Counted from the first letter of the stretch, positions 46,540 to 60,928 are shown. The stretch is DNA of 64,000 nucleotides from Octopus sinensis (GCF_006345805.1 NC_043019.1:8679360-8743359), one strand, 5' to 3'. Notes: generated from the sequence alone by a model not told the origin. Made by a program: numbers and translations.

Positions 46540-49011
46540 ATGCTATATATAATATATATATGTGTATCATATATAATTATATATTTGTATATATTATATA
46601 TTTGTGTGTATATATATATATATAATATATATATATATATATGATATTTTAAGTGTAGCAACCTCAAGAACAAAATCACCAATAACAACAACGATAACAA
46701 CAAGAACAGCTAAACAATAGCTTAAAGAAATGTTATCAGCATCAGTAACAACTGGAACGTGAGTAGCAACATCTATAACACTAACGACATCAATAATTCA
46801 ACAACAACAACACGAATAACAATATTAATAACACCAACAATAGAACCACTAACGACCCCAAAAACAAAACACCAGCAAAAACAAAAACGAAACATAAATA
46901 GCATCGACTACAACAACAGCAACACCAATAATAACCCACCCATCCACAACACAACTACGACAATAACAACAGCAACGAGAACAACAAGTATTTTGGTATC
47001 AGAGGTTATGACCCTCGGTATTTCCGAAAGTTACTCTACCACCAACAAGAACCACAACGAAAAACAACACCCGCTGAAATGCTAACATGATGAACGACCG
47101 AAATGATATGATGTGAACCTCCGTCGTTGATCTTCACAACAAAGCAACACAATCGATAATAATGTCAACTACCGCAGAACATTCATTGAAATGAAGTACT
47201 AAATAGCTCTATGGGATCGCTAGATCTTTTAGACATCGCAGCTAATCTTGCATAACAGATTTGTGTCTTAAATTAACAAAAAACCAGGCGTATAATGTGA
47301 ATGGATGTGTGCTATGTCTGTTAAATAGAAGGATGGTGACGGCTGGATACGTTGATCATAAATCTGTTGGTTCAGAACTGAACTGTTGTTAAACAATAAC
47401 AGAACAAACCTACAAAACAATGTAATGTATCGCAAAGACAAAATTTAAATCTAATTCGAGGAGGGCGCGCTGCATTACAGGAAGTATAACACCGAAGACA
47501 AGGAAGACAACAGCACCAAGAACAAAGGAGACAACTGGGAGATTAAGATTTGCAAGAATTCAATAAGACGATATGTTGCTGCCAAACCAAACCGTAAAAG
47601 CAGCCCGAGTGCCTATAGGTGGTCACTAAAACCGCTAGAAATTGTAGCCAATTGTGTCTCAATGTTCCGTACACAATTTAAAACATCTCGCACATTTGCA
47701 TGGAACCTGTACTTTTCTATACATGCAGCATTGTTACAATTCATTTCCAATACTATTTTATATGATATCGAGAGGAGAAACTTTAAAAATAATATTCATC
47801 TTGAATTTATTCCGTTTCGTTAAGACAATGACACGGATGAAGATAATTCATTTGAATGCTCGGATGCAGAATGAAGAACACAAAGTTAAGGTATGATAAG
47901 TTTGAAACTATTATGTTGCATTCAGTGTTATCTGCAAAATGAAGTTTCGAATTCATATTAAACATGATAATTAATACATTTTAAAAAATTAAATCGTTAT
48001 TTCTTCAAATAATGGCTCCCATTGTTTCTACTTCGCTAACAATTATCAATTTTTTTTTTTATATACTTCCCAAACTAAAAAGCAAGAATTTATTTTTATT
48101 TTTCGAGATTGTTTATCTTCTTTTGTGTTTTGTCATTCATCAGCAGCAACCGATGAAAACTACAGGGGACAACGTAGTCCAAGATTTACGAAAAGACGAG
48201 TTGGATCTGATAATAAAACCATTAAACGTAAAACTGCTGGAAGGAATCCGACCTGGAATGAAAGAACCAAAAACAGGAATATGAGCGAATGGATAAGCCA
48301 AAGCGAAGAACCGAACCAGTATCGGGTAACTATCATTTGCTAGAAATAGCAAGTAAATAACATTCTATTAGAAAACGAAGGTCACCTCGGATAATGAGAG
48401 CCTTGTGCATTTTAGTGAAGAAAGGGACGTTCAAATATAGGCCTTAAATTGTTAAGGCAATTCTTTAACACACACAGGCGTATTACAAAGGCTGTTCGGC
48501 AACATACGCACAAGCGCCTAAACAACAAAGGCAGAAGGACAAGATCAAATACAACTTAATGAAAAACAGTATCTACCTGAGCACAGTAAACATGAAATAT
48601 CGGTTGCGATTCAACGTGGTCTGTAGATCTGCCGGAGAGAGCAGCCACGTTATCAGCAAACCAGACATCATCGGAATATAGAGAGAGTTACAAAGGATTG
48701 CCTTTTACATAATCTCCAAATTTATAATCTCTTTAATTTATAGAAATGATTATGATTTTGAATGGTTTGCCTCATCTTCAGTTTTATTATTTCTACATAT
48801 AATCGGAGTCCAGAAAACCATTCCATGTCCTTTCGTGTACACATCTTACCGTCATGTAAGAAAGATGAGACATGCTAAGCATGAAATTCGTTACGTCGTA
48901 TTTTATATACAGCTCACGACCAAATATCGAAGGCTTGGTAATTGCTACGGAATTTCGGCATGAAACTAATGGTAGCCTTCTAAGCTCGCAAATAAATTAT
49001 ATATATATGTG

Positions 49012-49052
<41 letters not shown>

Positions 49053-49371
49053 GCTTCTGACTACAAAACATAATTAATTACAGACTATGTGTTCGTATGC
49101 CTCTTACGTAAACTACTTGTGATGACAGTATATAAATATGTTTCAGATCACAGGAGGCTTCCTGCAAGGTAGAAGAAAACCATGAGTGCCAAAACGTAAC
49201 ACTATTTAGCAATATTTGCCGCAAGAATGGCAAAGTAGTGTTGCTAACCTGTTGTTGCAAAAGTATCCCCCCGAAGAGGCATTTCTTCGTAATATTTTGC
49301 AAGTTCAAATTGGATTCAGGATTACCCATTTAGAAACACATTACGGATGAAATATATTGTATGAAACTCAC

Positions 49372-49425
49372 CACAAACGTGACATTTTGGTAAAATGGCA
49401 CCGGCGAGATACATATTGCTCGTAA
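49372..49425 (-). CDS. Candidate 54-nt exon (phase 2-2 reading YEQYVSRRCHFTKMSRL; all three frames open)
   Basis: Acceptor ctcttctacatttcctctgcatttctctattag|, donor GTG|GTGAGT, length divisible by 3. Confidence 0.45.
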
Positions 49426-49741
49426 CTAATAGAGAAATGCAGAGGAAATGTAGAAGAGTTCGATTATATAATACCTGAGCAAGCCATAATTGAAAATTTT
49501 TCAGAATAAAAAAAAAATAAGATATATAAATATCATTGACGTCAGGAGGTCATCAAACTGATGCCTGGAGAGAGGAGATGAAATAACTATGAAGGCTGCT
49601 GTCAGGGTGGATAAAAGTCAACAACAGCAATTGCAGGAACTAATGCAATTTAAAAATAAACATACGTATATGTTGTGTGTTATATATACATACATACATA
49701 TTTAATTATATATACATAATTAAATATATATATATATATAT

Positions 49742-49773
<32 letters not shown>

Positions 49774-50222
49774 ATATATATATATGTATGTACGTATGTA
49801 TGTATGTATGTATTTATGTGTGTATATAGGTATATGCAGAGAGAGAAGGAGAGAGAGAGAGAGAAACAGAGCGAGATAGAGAGAGATAAGCATTTCAACT
49901 TTCACCGTTAACCTTGAAAATGGAGTTCTCCAAAGATGAATACGAAACATATCTGACATCTAGGAAACATGCACGCATTTTTATAGACTAGTGAAACGCA
50001 GGTTTTTGCAAATGTATTCTATCCATGTATGTATATATACATATATATTATATGAGTATACACATACACGCACGCACACGCAAGAACGCACACACAGTGG
50101 GACATCAACACACCAACACATACTTGGGTATGCATACATATGTATGTATACACATTTATGCATATCTATGAATATATGAATATATACATTCACTTAAGCA
50201 TATGTAATGTTGTGTATATGAA

Positions 50223-50260
<38 letters not shown>

Positions 50261-50394
50261 GTTATATGCGTGTATGTGCATATGCATGTATACATATATG
50301 TATAATATATACCCACTTACATCAATGCACACTTTTATAAATACAAGTGCGTACGTATGCACATACACAGCGACTGTATAATGGTCACATTAAA

Positions 50395-50413
50395 GTGGCC
50401 CCCTGGTGGCAAA
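50395..50413 (-). promoter_or_regulatory. CTCF-like motif TTTGCCACCAGGGGGCCAC
   Basis: Close match to the CCACCAGGGGGCGC consensus, in unique sequence. Confidence 0.45.
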
Positions 50414-50508
50414 TGTTTCTGTGTCAGTAATATAAACCCTACTGCAATACTAAAACGGGGAAAAAAAACGCACAAAATACCATACACTATATGAATAGCA
50501 TCATTATA

Positions 50509-50556
<48 letters not shown>

Positions 50557-50851
50557 GACTACTGATTCTGCTGATGCTGCTAATGCTAGTGATGGTGGTG
50601 TTGGTGGGGTAATGCAGCAGCTGCTGTTGCTAAGGGAGGACCACATAAATGTTTCATAATGGCTGCCTGTTGGCTAATATAAATGTGTTAGTATTAGGAA
50701 AAATGAAAGTGCAGTTTGTTTTTGAAAAAAAAAAATAACTTAAAGCGGGGAGATAGAAATACGGGTGGGTTTCAAATGTGACAGCATTGATCCTATCCAT
50801 TAAAATGCATTAGGGACACAGTTTGAAATCACTATCATGTGGGTGTGTTAT

Positions 50852-50902
<51 letters not shown>

Positions 50903-50947
50903 TATACACATATATACGTACATATATATGCATATATATACATATAT

Positions 50948-51015
<68 letters not shown>

Positions 51016-51354
51016 TATATTGAGAGAGAGAGAAGAATTCGATATATAGAAGTATGTATGTAAATACCTATGTATATTATTGTGTATGCTTGTATACGTT
51101 TAAATACATAAACATAGTTGTATGTATGTGCACACACGTATTTATCCATGTGAATACTGAATAACAAATACACTTGCACAGTGGCGTGTACGCCCATATA
51201 TCAGCATCAGATAATGCCATGCTTATTCTATAATCTTCCGATCACCCTTTGTACACCTTGTGTGTGTGTGGAGGTGGGGGAGTTTAAATGCATTTTGTGG
51301 TTAAAGTATATTTTGTAATAAAATTATGATGCATCAAACAGCACCACACATGTG

Positions 51355-51389
<35 letters not shown>

Positions 51390-51575
51390 ATATATTTCTG
51401 TGCTTATTTATGTGTGTATGTTTGTATGTATATAAGTATGCATATGTGAGCAATACATACAAACCGTATTCTACAGCAAAGTAACTGTAAACAAAACAGG
51501 AATAGATTTTATAAAGATATATACACATACATGCGTATATGTGTAGATCTGAATTTATATACACACACACACACT

Positions 51576-51607
<32 letters not shown>

Positions 51608-51792
51608 CAGAGAGAGAGAGAGACATGTATATGTTTTTCTATACACATATATATATTACTCTATCTATGAATATACATATACACACATAAACATATACAT
51701 ATATTTACCTATATAAATATAGATATATATGTATATATATACATATATATACACACACAAACACACAACCACACACACACACACACACACAC

Positions 51793-51840
<48 letters not shown>

Positions 51841-53503
51841 CAGAGAGAGAGAGATAGATATACATTTATATATATATATGTATGAATATATATATATATG
51901 TGTACATATAAATAACTATATATACTTTCCTACCCACATAACTTCTTGCCTGCCTGCATAGAGAGATATATATACATACTGACATACATATATATACTCG
52001 CCATTTCAGAATTGTGATCCAAATGAAAAACTATGGTAGAAATCTATAAACTCTGCCATAAATCATTGAGAAGAGAACATGTCGCTTTTATCTGATTCCC
52101 AATACTGTCCGTTTATGCATTGCACCGAAGGCACCATTGCATGTTGAATTCAATAACACCCTTTTTTATACATTTCGGTGAGATAAAAACCCGATTTATT
52201 TATTATTCATATATTATTTATTCGTTTATATAGTTTTTGTTTTTTATTGCAGAATTCAGTGAATCTAGATCCTTGATTACACTTTTATGATGCTCTCCAC
52301 CATATTTTCTAGAGATCCAGGGATTTGTTTGTTTAACTTCTTTGTAGCTTTGCTGAGCAGGGAAATAAAACATTTTCCTTTATCAACTCGTTCTGTGTTC
52401 AAAACCTCATTCCAATGCCTGGGCAATTTCGTCTTCAAGCCGTACTTATAAAATGGCAATATTCTTGTGATATGCATTTGAGCAGATGAAGAATCTACTG
52501 TGGTACGGTGTGAATATCGTTATGTCACTTCAATTTTAATATTGTTGCAATGAATATTGTAGACGTCTGGAATTGGTTGATCTTCTGTTATGCTGAGAGA
52601 GTTCAGTGGTGTGGAATTTGAGGGTAAAATTGTGGAAAATTCAATTTGCTCTGTTATCAACCTGACAGTATTATCAGCTATCAGCCAAGAATTTGAGTGG
52701 TCATTTTGTACCAACTATCATAGATGAGGAAGTACCAAACTGCCGTAGCCGAGGAAATGTCAGGAGAGAATCAATTGTGGAGAATGATGTTAAGACAAAC
52801 CCATTTATTCCATACGTTTATAGAATTGTGTGGATATGTTCATCCATGAACGTCGAATTTACAATTTCCTCAAATAGTTTACGAACTTACACAGTATCCC
52901 TGTTTGATTGTACCTCGAGAAAGCCAATCAATATCCTATGTTTAGTTTTGTAGTGGGCCATCACATTGTAGTTTCTAACCAAATCTATTATTTCACAACC
53001 CAATGCACTTCCCGTTATAGAAGCAACTAAAAATGTTTAACCCTACAGATTTCTCATCAGTTTTCCATAGATATTCTACTATTTACTAATGTTTGACGTA
53101 TCGTTAACTTAGGCAGATGATTTTACAAGGATGCAAGACTTTCGCTCAACGTCCCTTATCTGATCAGCTGTAAATAATCTGGGATACTGTTTCCATTGTT
53201 CCCCTGGCATGATGTCTGTCTTTTATTAATCTCTGGACACTTGCCAGTTATGGTTTCCTCATTCGTATACCCATCAAAAACCCCTTCCTTCCTATAGCAT
53301 AATAAAACCACCTTAGTGACACTGTCATGTCTCTTACATGTATATATGGATGGATTAATGGATTAATGAATGGATAGATTAATGAATGGTTGGATGCCCA
53401 GTTATAAGTTAAAAGTTTGAGAGTAAAATTCTGTTCTGGGATTTTCTGAAATGGTATTTGCATGCAAGATAATAATGATAGACAACAGGATATCATTTCG
53501 TTT

Positions 53504-53547
<44 letters not shown>

Positions 53548-54469
53548 ATATAGATATATGGGTAAGGTAAATGGAAATATCTTAAGAAATATAGACGGAT
53601 GTCTGTGGAATAACTAAAAGTAAGTCGAATAGAAATGAAAATAACCAAACTGCTGAAAGGGGGAGGCGAATAAGGAGAAGGGACAATGTTCAATTGAAAC
53701 GTGTGAAAGCATTAAAGACGAAACACGTCCAGTTAATGGAAATTCATAGAGGAACATATGATTTCACATGAAGACCTTTGGGAGCTAATGAAATCACGAA
53801 ATATCCTAAGCGCGATCCAAGCTAACAAGACACAAAAGAGAATTGCACGTGCTACTTCAAGACCAGAATACCTGAACGAGATGTTCCTTTCATAAAGAAT
53901 GCGTAATCTACGGATTGTCGATAAATTCTCTCCAGTCGGCAATAAACACGATAACAAAACACAATAGAGTCGGTATAGATTTAAGCTAGAACGAGGAAGC
54001 AACTAGAGGTCGTTATTGTTGAGATTGTCCTATGGTAACAAAATATCTCTGATTGATTGAAAGACCAAACATGAAAAAGAGGGACGAATTATTAACGAAA
54101 CCCTACATCGAATGCATAAAAGATATAAACGATGTTGCATATTGCACAAACCGTTGAGATTAAAAGTGGAAATAAAACCCGAAGGTTTGAGAACTAAATT
54201 GAACAACTGAAGAGAGACCTAGACTCATAGAAAGGAAGAGGGCGAAGACAAGACAGAGGAACGAACTGCATAGAAAGTAGATCAGAGAAACAGGACTGCA
54301 AATAGTTAGAGGAATTAATGTCGTGAGAAACTAGATACCAACAGAGGACTGACCAGTCGAAGCAGAATAAAAGAACGAAGGAAAATTCTCCAAACAAGTG
54401 AATAATGAATTAGGAAATGAAGGGGAAGGATGCTGGAGCAACAAGGAAACTCTGGACAGAATAATAATA

Positions 54470-54531
<62 letters not shown>

Positions 54532-54630
54532 GTAGTATTATTATTATTATTATTATTATATTATTATTATTATTATTATTATAGTAGTAGTAGTAGTAGT
54601 AGTAGTAAGTAGTAGTAGTAGCAGCAGCAG

Positions 54631-55260
54631 CAAAAACTGTTGGCGTGGAGACTCTTACTGATAAATGGCAAGAAAAACCTCTCAATGCCAAATAACTTAA
54701 GAGAGATAATAATGCCGATGTTGACAAATCCGTTACCCATCAGTTGTTAGTGGCTTCTGGCTTAAAATCAGAGAAGAAGGGTTTATTATAGCTGCCCAAG
54801 ATCAATGCCAACCTACAAGAATCTATCAGGCGAGCATCTTCATGCATGGTAGTAGTTCAACATGTCGTGTATGCAGACAACGAGATGAAAGCGTTATCAC
54901 GTCTCCATGAGCAGTGTTTTTGCGCCTACAGAGCATCTCCACAAATATGATAGACCAGCAGAATATATTCAATTTGCGAAAACGGGGAACTGTCACATGA
55001 TGTAAACTGGTGGGAACACAAACCACTGCCAGTACTTCAGAATGACCACATCTCACTCCTTTGGAACTTCACCGCTCAATCGGACCGAAAGACAGATGCA
55101 AATAGGCCAGACATTATATTGAAGGACATCAGACAGAAAGCCTATCTCATCATCGATATGACTGTCGCCATTCGACATAATCGTATCTGTCAAGACCTAC
55201 AAAAACCTGAGCAAGTATAAAGATCTTGAAATAGAAATTGGCAGCGTTGGGACTTGACAG
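54631..55260 (+). mobile_element. Decayed R4/Dong-type non-LTR retrotransposon (zinc knuckle and restriction-like endonuclease)
   Basis: Translation across frameshifts: WQEKPL, EGFIIAAQDQC, CRVC, WWEHKPLPVLQND, NRPDII..LIIDM, LSKYKDLEIEI (PD..D..KxxKY REL motif). Confidence 0.85.
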
Positions 55261-55927
55261 ACAGTACAAGCCCCCGGTAGGCACAGTATCTCCAATCAGC
55301 AACATCACGAGATCGGATACTGTGCGACGTTTTGATAATAAAACTAAGTGAAGTAGCACGTAGATTATATTGGCCCATTAACCCTCCCAAAGTACAACTA
55401 CTGCTGAGCACAGAAGTTCATATCAACAATAAAGCAAAACAGACAAAAAATGGAATATATATAATTGATAATTTATTAAAACAAATAGCAACAGGGAACA
55501 ATATATTGTCTGCGAAGAACTAAGAAAATATTACAAATTTAGGAAAATATATGAAACGAAAATGTCTGTTGGCAGGGAACATTTAAGAAAGTATAAAAGA
55601 CACGTTGGATTTAATAATACCTCTCATTGGCTTTCGACATTTTCTCATATAAATTACCAATAATTATCTTTAAAAAGAAAACAAAAATATTTTAATATTA
55701 TTCTATGTAGAAATGATGAAGTATTATTTTATAGGATAAATAAAATATTTGTTTAACTTCATTTTGTTTGGTTTTATATTCTTATTGGTTGATGTAAAGA
55801 AAATACTCTGTAGGATCACATGTGTTATGTATATACTCAAATTGCAATAATACAGCTTTTATTGGAAAATCGTGCAATCATATCAGCCCACTGAATGAAT
55901 GTATACATATATATAGAAAATATATGA

Positions 55928-55959
<32 letters not shown>

Positions 55960-56176
55960 TATATATAAATGTTTGCATGTACATGATTACATATGTACAT
56001 ATATATATATAAACATATATATTTATATATACTCACATATATATACACATATATGTATACATATATATATATATGTCATCATGCATGTATATATATGTGT
56101 ATGTGTAGGTATTATGTATGTATATTCGTGAGGGAACGTGTAGGTGTACTTGTGGTAGTATTGTTATTGTTATCAA

Positions 56177-56208
<32 letters not shown>

Positions 56209-56233
56209 GGCAGCAGTAGCATCACCACCAGTA

Positions 56234-56311
<78 letters not shown>

Positions 56312-56488
56312 CGTGGTTGTTATGTTTATGGATAGTAAATACTAACCTGGCTGGTCGTAAATTTTGACATGTGTCACTTAGAATCTTTTCCTTGTTTTTC
56401 CATCGCTAATAAAATATCCATGAACTGTTGTATTCTATAACCAGAGAAAAATGCACTGAAATATCGCTTAACCAATATAACACGTACA

Positions 56489-56544
<56 letters not shown>

Positions 56545-57408
56545 CACACACACACCCAAACACATTTAAACACAGCCACATATCGCCTTAGCGTTTGTCT
56601 TTTTCCTTCCACATTTCCTTCTCTCTTTCTCTCTTCCTTCGTTCCATCTTTCAATCTTTCCATCTTACAATCTTTCTATCTTTCTCCTCTTATTTTCAAC
56701 CCCATAGGATACCATTTTCAATTAGCCTTACTTATGCACATTTCTTGCTTTAATACGGTATTTACACACACCCACACAAACACAATCCCGCCAGAGCCCA
56801 GAGCTTGTAATTTCCCAGCATTAAGCTGCATATTATTGTACTCAGCCTACCTCCGTATTATATCCAACACCTGTTTCGGGGATGTAATACCTACAGGGTT
56901 TTGTAGGTACAGCAGCTTCTTATTTATTTCATGATTTTTTTGTGGTTTAACTAAATCTTTTAGGAGGATATATAAAAGTTAATGATTGGGTTTATTTCAG
57001 AGGGTTGTTTTGCTTAAGTTTAGATTATTTTTCATACGATCGAATTTTAGGATAGTTGCCCTGATTGAAAAAAATGGGGGGAAAACAATGAACAGGTATT
57101 TGAAACGGTATGCACCAGGTAGGATTGGATAAGCCTGTGCCTGTGGTTCCGGCCTGTGGTTGGTAAGTATCAAATAGGATACTCTGTTTGTGTAAACAGA
57201 GAAAACCAACCGTATTTGTATTTAGCACCTTGGGGCTGGTCCAAAGCTGGAGTCACGTGGAACTGATATTTAAATAATTTTCGGCTACTATTGACCCAGG
57301 CTATGTCAAATTAATAGCATTACCCGGAGAATATATAAATTTTATCGACAGCTATTTCCAGTAAACATTGGTGCCTTGTTGTATCCCTTCTCTCTCTCTC
57401 TCTCTCTC

Positions 57409-57456
<48 letters not shown>

Positions 57457-58552
57457 TATGTTTGTTTGTGTGTACACATGTCTGTGTACATACACACACA
57501 CACACACACACATATATATATTATATATATATAAATTTATAATCTCATATACAGCGATGGATATTTACAAGTATAGACATATATGTATATTTATATGTAT
57601 ATTTATATATCCGTATGTGTGTATGTATATACAATCACATTATTTCAATTCGAGCTATTTTCAGCTTAATTCTCTGAAAGCACTGCAATCTGACAAGATT
57701 GGTATACCGAGTTGTGTGTCCCCAGCATCTTTCATCCTCATATACACAACACGTTTATATTAAATGAGTACTGGTAATCCCACCAGTAACAGAACAGTTA
57801 ATTAAATACGTATAAACTAGGATGAAATAACCTTAATATCTAATCTTCAGAAATTCATCCTTAGAAAAAGTACAAGCACAAATGTACAAGAATTTCCCAG
57901 TCATCAAAAATAATCAATGAACTCTAATATGATATGATATTCTTATTTATTTAAGAGACTGCGATAGTTACTGCACACGCATCTCAGTTGGTAATACTTA
58001 GTAATAAATTTCAAACACAATTTATACATGTTTAAATAGGTATTAAAATATGTTATCACAGCATCCGGATAGAAAATGGAATTCCCGATTGAAATGGGAG
58101 CCTTAATAAACAACAGCAACGAACCTGGTTTGACTTACCTAAAATATGAAATATGATAGTTATAACATAATGAAACGTTCTTCGATTGATCGGTAAATTT
58201 ATGAATCATGACAGGAACCATAATATGACATTGTTGCTGTTGGCAGAAGAGCACAGGAACATCGAAGTCTCCTCTCGTAACATTTTCATCATCCTTCATG
58301 ATCATGCTATATATGTATATATATATGCATGCAATTTGTACACACGCACACATACACATGCGTGCATACACAAACACACACAAACAAACCCACACACACA
58401 TACGAGTAAGCACATAAATGTGAAATAAGGTAGGAGAAAATAGTACTCGAATACCGAAGGCAGTGTAATATGCTTTTTTATTAAAACTGAAAAAAGCATA
58501 ACAAAGACTTTACTCGGTTTCACGTTACCGTTCGCCGGACAGTTGCGATCAT

Positions 58553-58698
58553 AGATTCTTTGCCAACATAACATGGCTGTCTTAGTTTTGGACGAATGTT
58601 GCTGTAATTGAACCCCAGGAGACATCGTCTCCAGCTGGCTAAATTACAGCAACATTCGTCCCAAACCAGGACTGCCATGTTATGTTGGCAAATAATCT
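58553..58698. repeat. 146-bp fold-back element (MITE-like)
   Basis: agattctttgccaacataacatggctgtc..gacgaatgttgctgtaatt versus aattacagcaacattcgtc..gccatgttatgttggcaaataatct; inner ggagac-atc-gtctcc. Confidence 0.85.
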
Positions 58699-59042
58699 TC
58701 ACTCCAAAGTACTGTTGCTGAATATCTCTCGTTGTGAGATTTACAAATAGTAATTTTCTTAGTTGTGATCAAGAATGTGTTTGTGTGAGTGAGAATATGT
58801 GTACGTGTGTGTATGTGTGTGTATGTGTGTAAGTATATATGTATATTATAAAATAACGAAGGTAGCTATACGCAATTTTAAACCAAAAAGGAAGAATTCA
58901 TTTGTAATTAACTGTGACTGAGGGGTCCGGGCAGCACCTATATTGCTAGAAACAAGAGTTAAAAACCCTTGGAGCTGCAAGAAAGCACATTTTCGCATAC
59001 TGACAGGGGAGGTAACCACCACACAGCGAAGCTAAATCACAG

Positions 59043-59086
59043 CACAAGACTAGTTTCGCTTGAAAACTACAAGCTCATCAGTAGTG
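59043..59086 (-). ncRNA. Minimal type I hammerhead ribozyme (Penelope/retrozyme-type)
   Basis: 5'-cacua CUGAUGA gcuug uaguuuu caagc GAAA CUAG UC^ uugug-3': perfect core, perfect 5-bp stem II, palindromic CUAG cap, GUC cleavage triplet, stem I with 4 of 5 pairs. Confidence 0.8.
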
Positions 59087-59131
59087 ACTACTCCATCGTT
59101 GGATGGTTTAGCTAAATTCTGATTGTCAGTG

Positions 59132-59200
<69 letters not shown>

Positions 59201-59741
59201 CATATGTATTTGTGGCTGATTCAGCAAAATGCTAATGGGGAAATTTAAAATAACGAAGGCGTCTATTCACAATGTAAAACGAAAAAGGAAAAAAATCATT
59301 TGGCACTAATTATATAAGTACAGCTGCATTTTAAAATTAAATTAAATTAGAATTATGTATGCAATGAATGGAAAACCCTAATTTAAAACTTAAGCTACGG
59401 CAGAGTCTGACATATGCGATATAGCGAGCTGCTGTTGGTCTCTCTCTCGTAATTGGTGTTTTATATCTGGAAATGAAAATTGAATGAAAATAGCTTCAGT
59501 AGTGTTAAGCAATTAAAGTTCTCCGCAGCAACATATATTCGCATTATTTGCCAGAGATGAATACGTAAAGGGTCAGAACGGACAATGCAGTTTACAGAAA
59601 CCGTTTTCTCTTACAGGAGGTTTCCAAAATATTTGCCTGCTTCATTCAATTGAATAAATCTCTATTTAAATTTTAGGTTGGCTCTTAGACCTTCGAACTA
59701 CTTCTGCCAGAGACTATTCCGTCTAATTTCTCATTTTTTGG

Positions 59742-59920
59742 TTACATTGTCCAGTACCTTGTGCTTGTGTATCGGAGTTGACAGAGTTTGACATTACGTT
59801 TGGCTGCTATTTCAAGCAATCTTAGCAAACAAGTTAATGGTTCAGTTGTATTCGATAATGGTTTAACGATATTACAATTTGAACCAGTGTCCATTTGATA
59901 ATCAACAGAGCTTTCGAAAA
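59742..59920 (-). pseudogene. Possible Ty3/Gypsy aspartic protease relic
   Basis: VDYQMDTGSNCNIV resembles the Gypsy (F/Y)QLDTGAxCN active-site motif; no RT or integrase nearby. Confidence 0.45.
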
Positions 59921-60286
59921 ATATATACCAATACTCATTATATTCCATAAAAATCGTAGTATTTTTCAAATATTTGTGTATCAGTAAATAAATTAGACAA
60001 TATGGGATTGTACTAGGATTTGAAACGACATTTAGCTGCTATATAGCATATCGGTAAGCTACACGGATTAGATTAATAGATATTGGAAACAAGCAATCAT
60101 AACATACATTTTGTCTAGCAAAGGCAGAATTTATTTTAAAAATTAGTGCTGGAAGTTATTGGCATTACCATCCGTTTTCAATACAGTGAAATAAATACCA
60201 AGTGATATATCAATAAATTGACTGAACCGATGAAAGCAATCAAACAAACGGTAGAGATACAACAGCATGTAATTGCAGGCGAAGCT

Positions 60287-60323
<37 letters not shown>

Positions 60324-60569
60324 GCATGTATATACATGAAGTGAAGACACATATAAATAGATAATAATTGTAAAGGGTATTATCTCTGTCCGAAATTACG
60401 TGTATTTATACCGCTTATACATGCCCATATGTACATGAACACCTAATATATGTGTATATACACATATATCTATTTATCTACCCAGATATATACATATATA
60501 TATATATATATATGTCACCATAAATATTCATATATGATATAATGTGCATTACTATATTAATATATACAC

Positions 60570-60637
<68 letters not shown>

Positions 60638-60928
60638 AGAAGAAAGAGTAGTGTACTCGTAAATTCACTCGTCTATAACAATTATCATTGAGACAGAGCG
60701 ACATATGATTTAAACATCCCTGTTAATAGGGAAGGATCATGCTAGCAAGCAATAAATCATGCGAACCACAGACGAAATGTCGTACAGCGAAAATCACTGA
60801 TTTCGTTTCGCGCCTCGACGATTCAGGTTACGTTATTGGATAACAGCACGCTAAAGATGCGGTGTGTGACTGCAGCTGGGTTTTTATAGGATAATATTGA
60901 TACACAGCAAATTATGCATACGTACACG

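Noticed and set aside
48144-48325. Plus-strand open segment with NAGNAG acceptor and KTAGRNPTWNE (C2-like NPxWNE)
   Set aside because: Several frames on both strands are open, the donor is weak (GTAACT), and it could be a decayed LINE piece.
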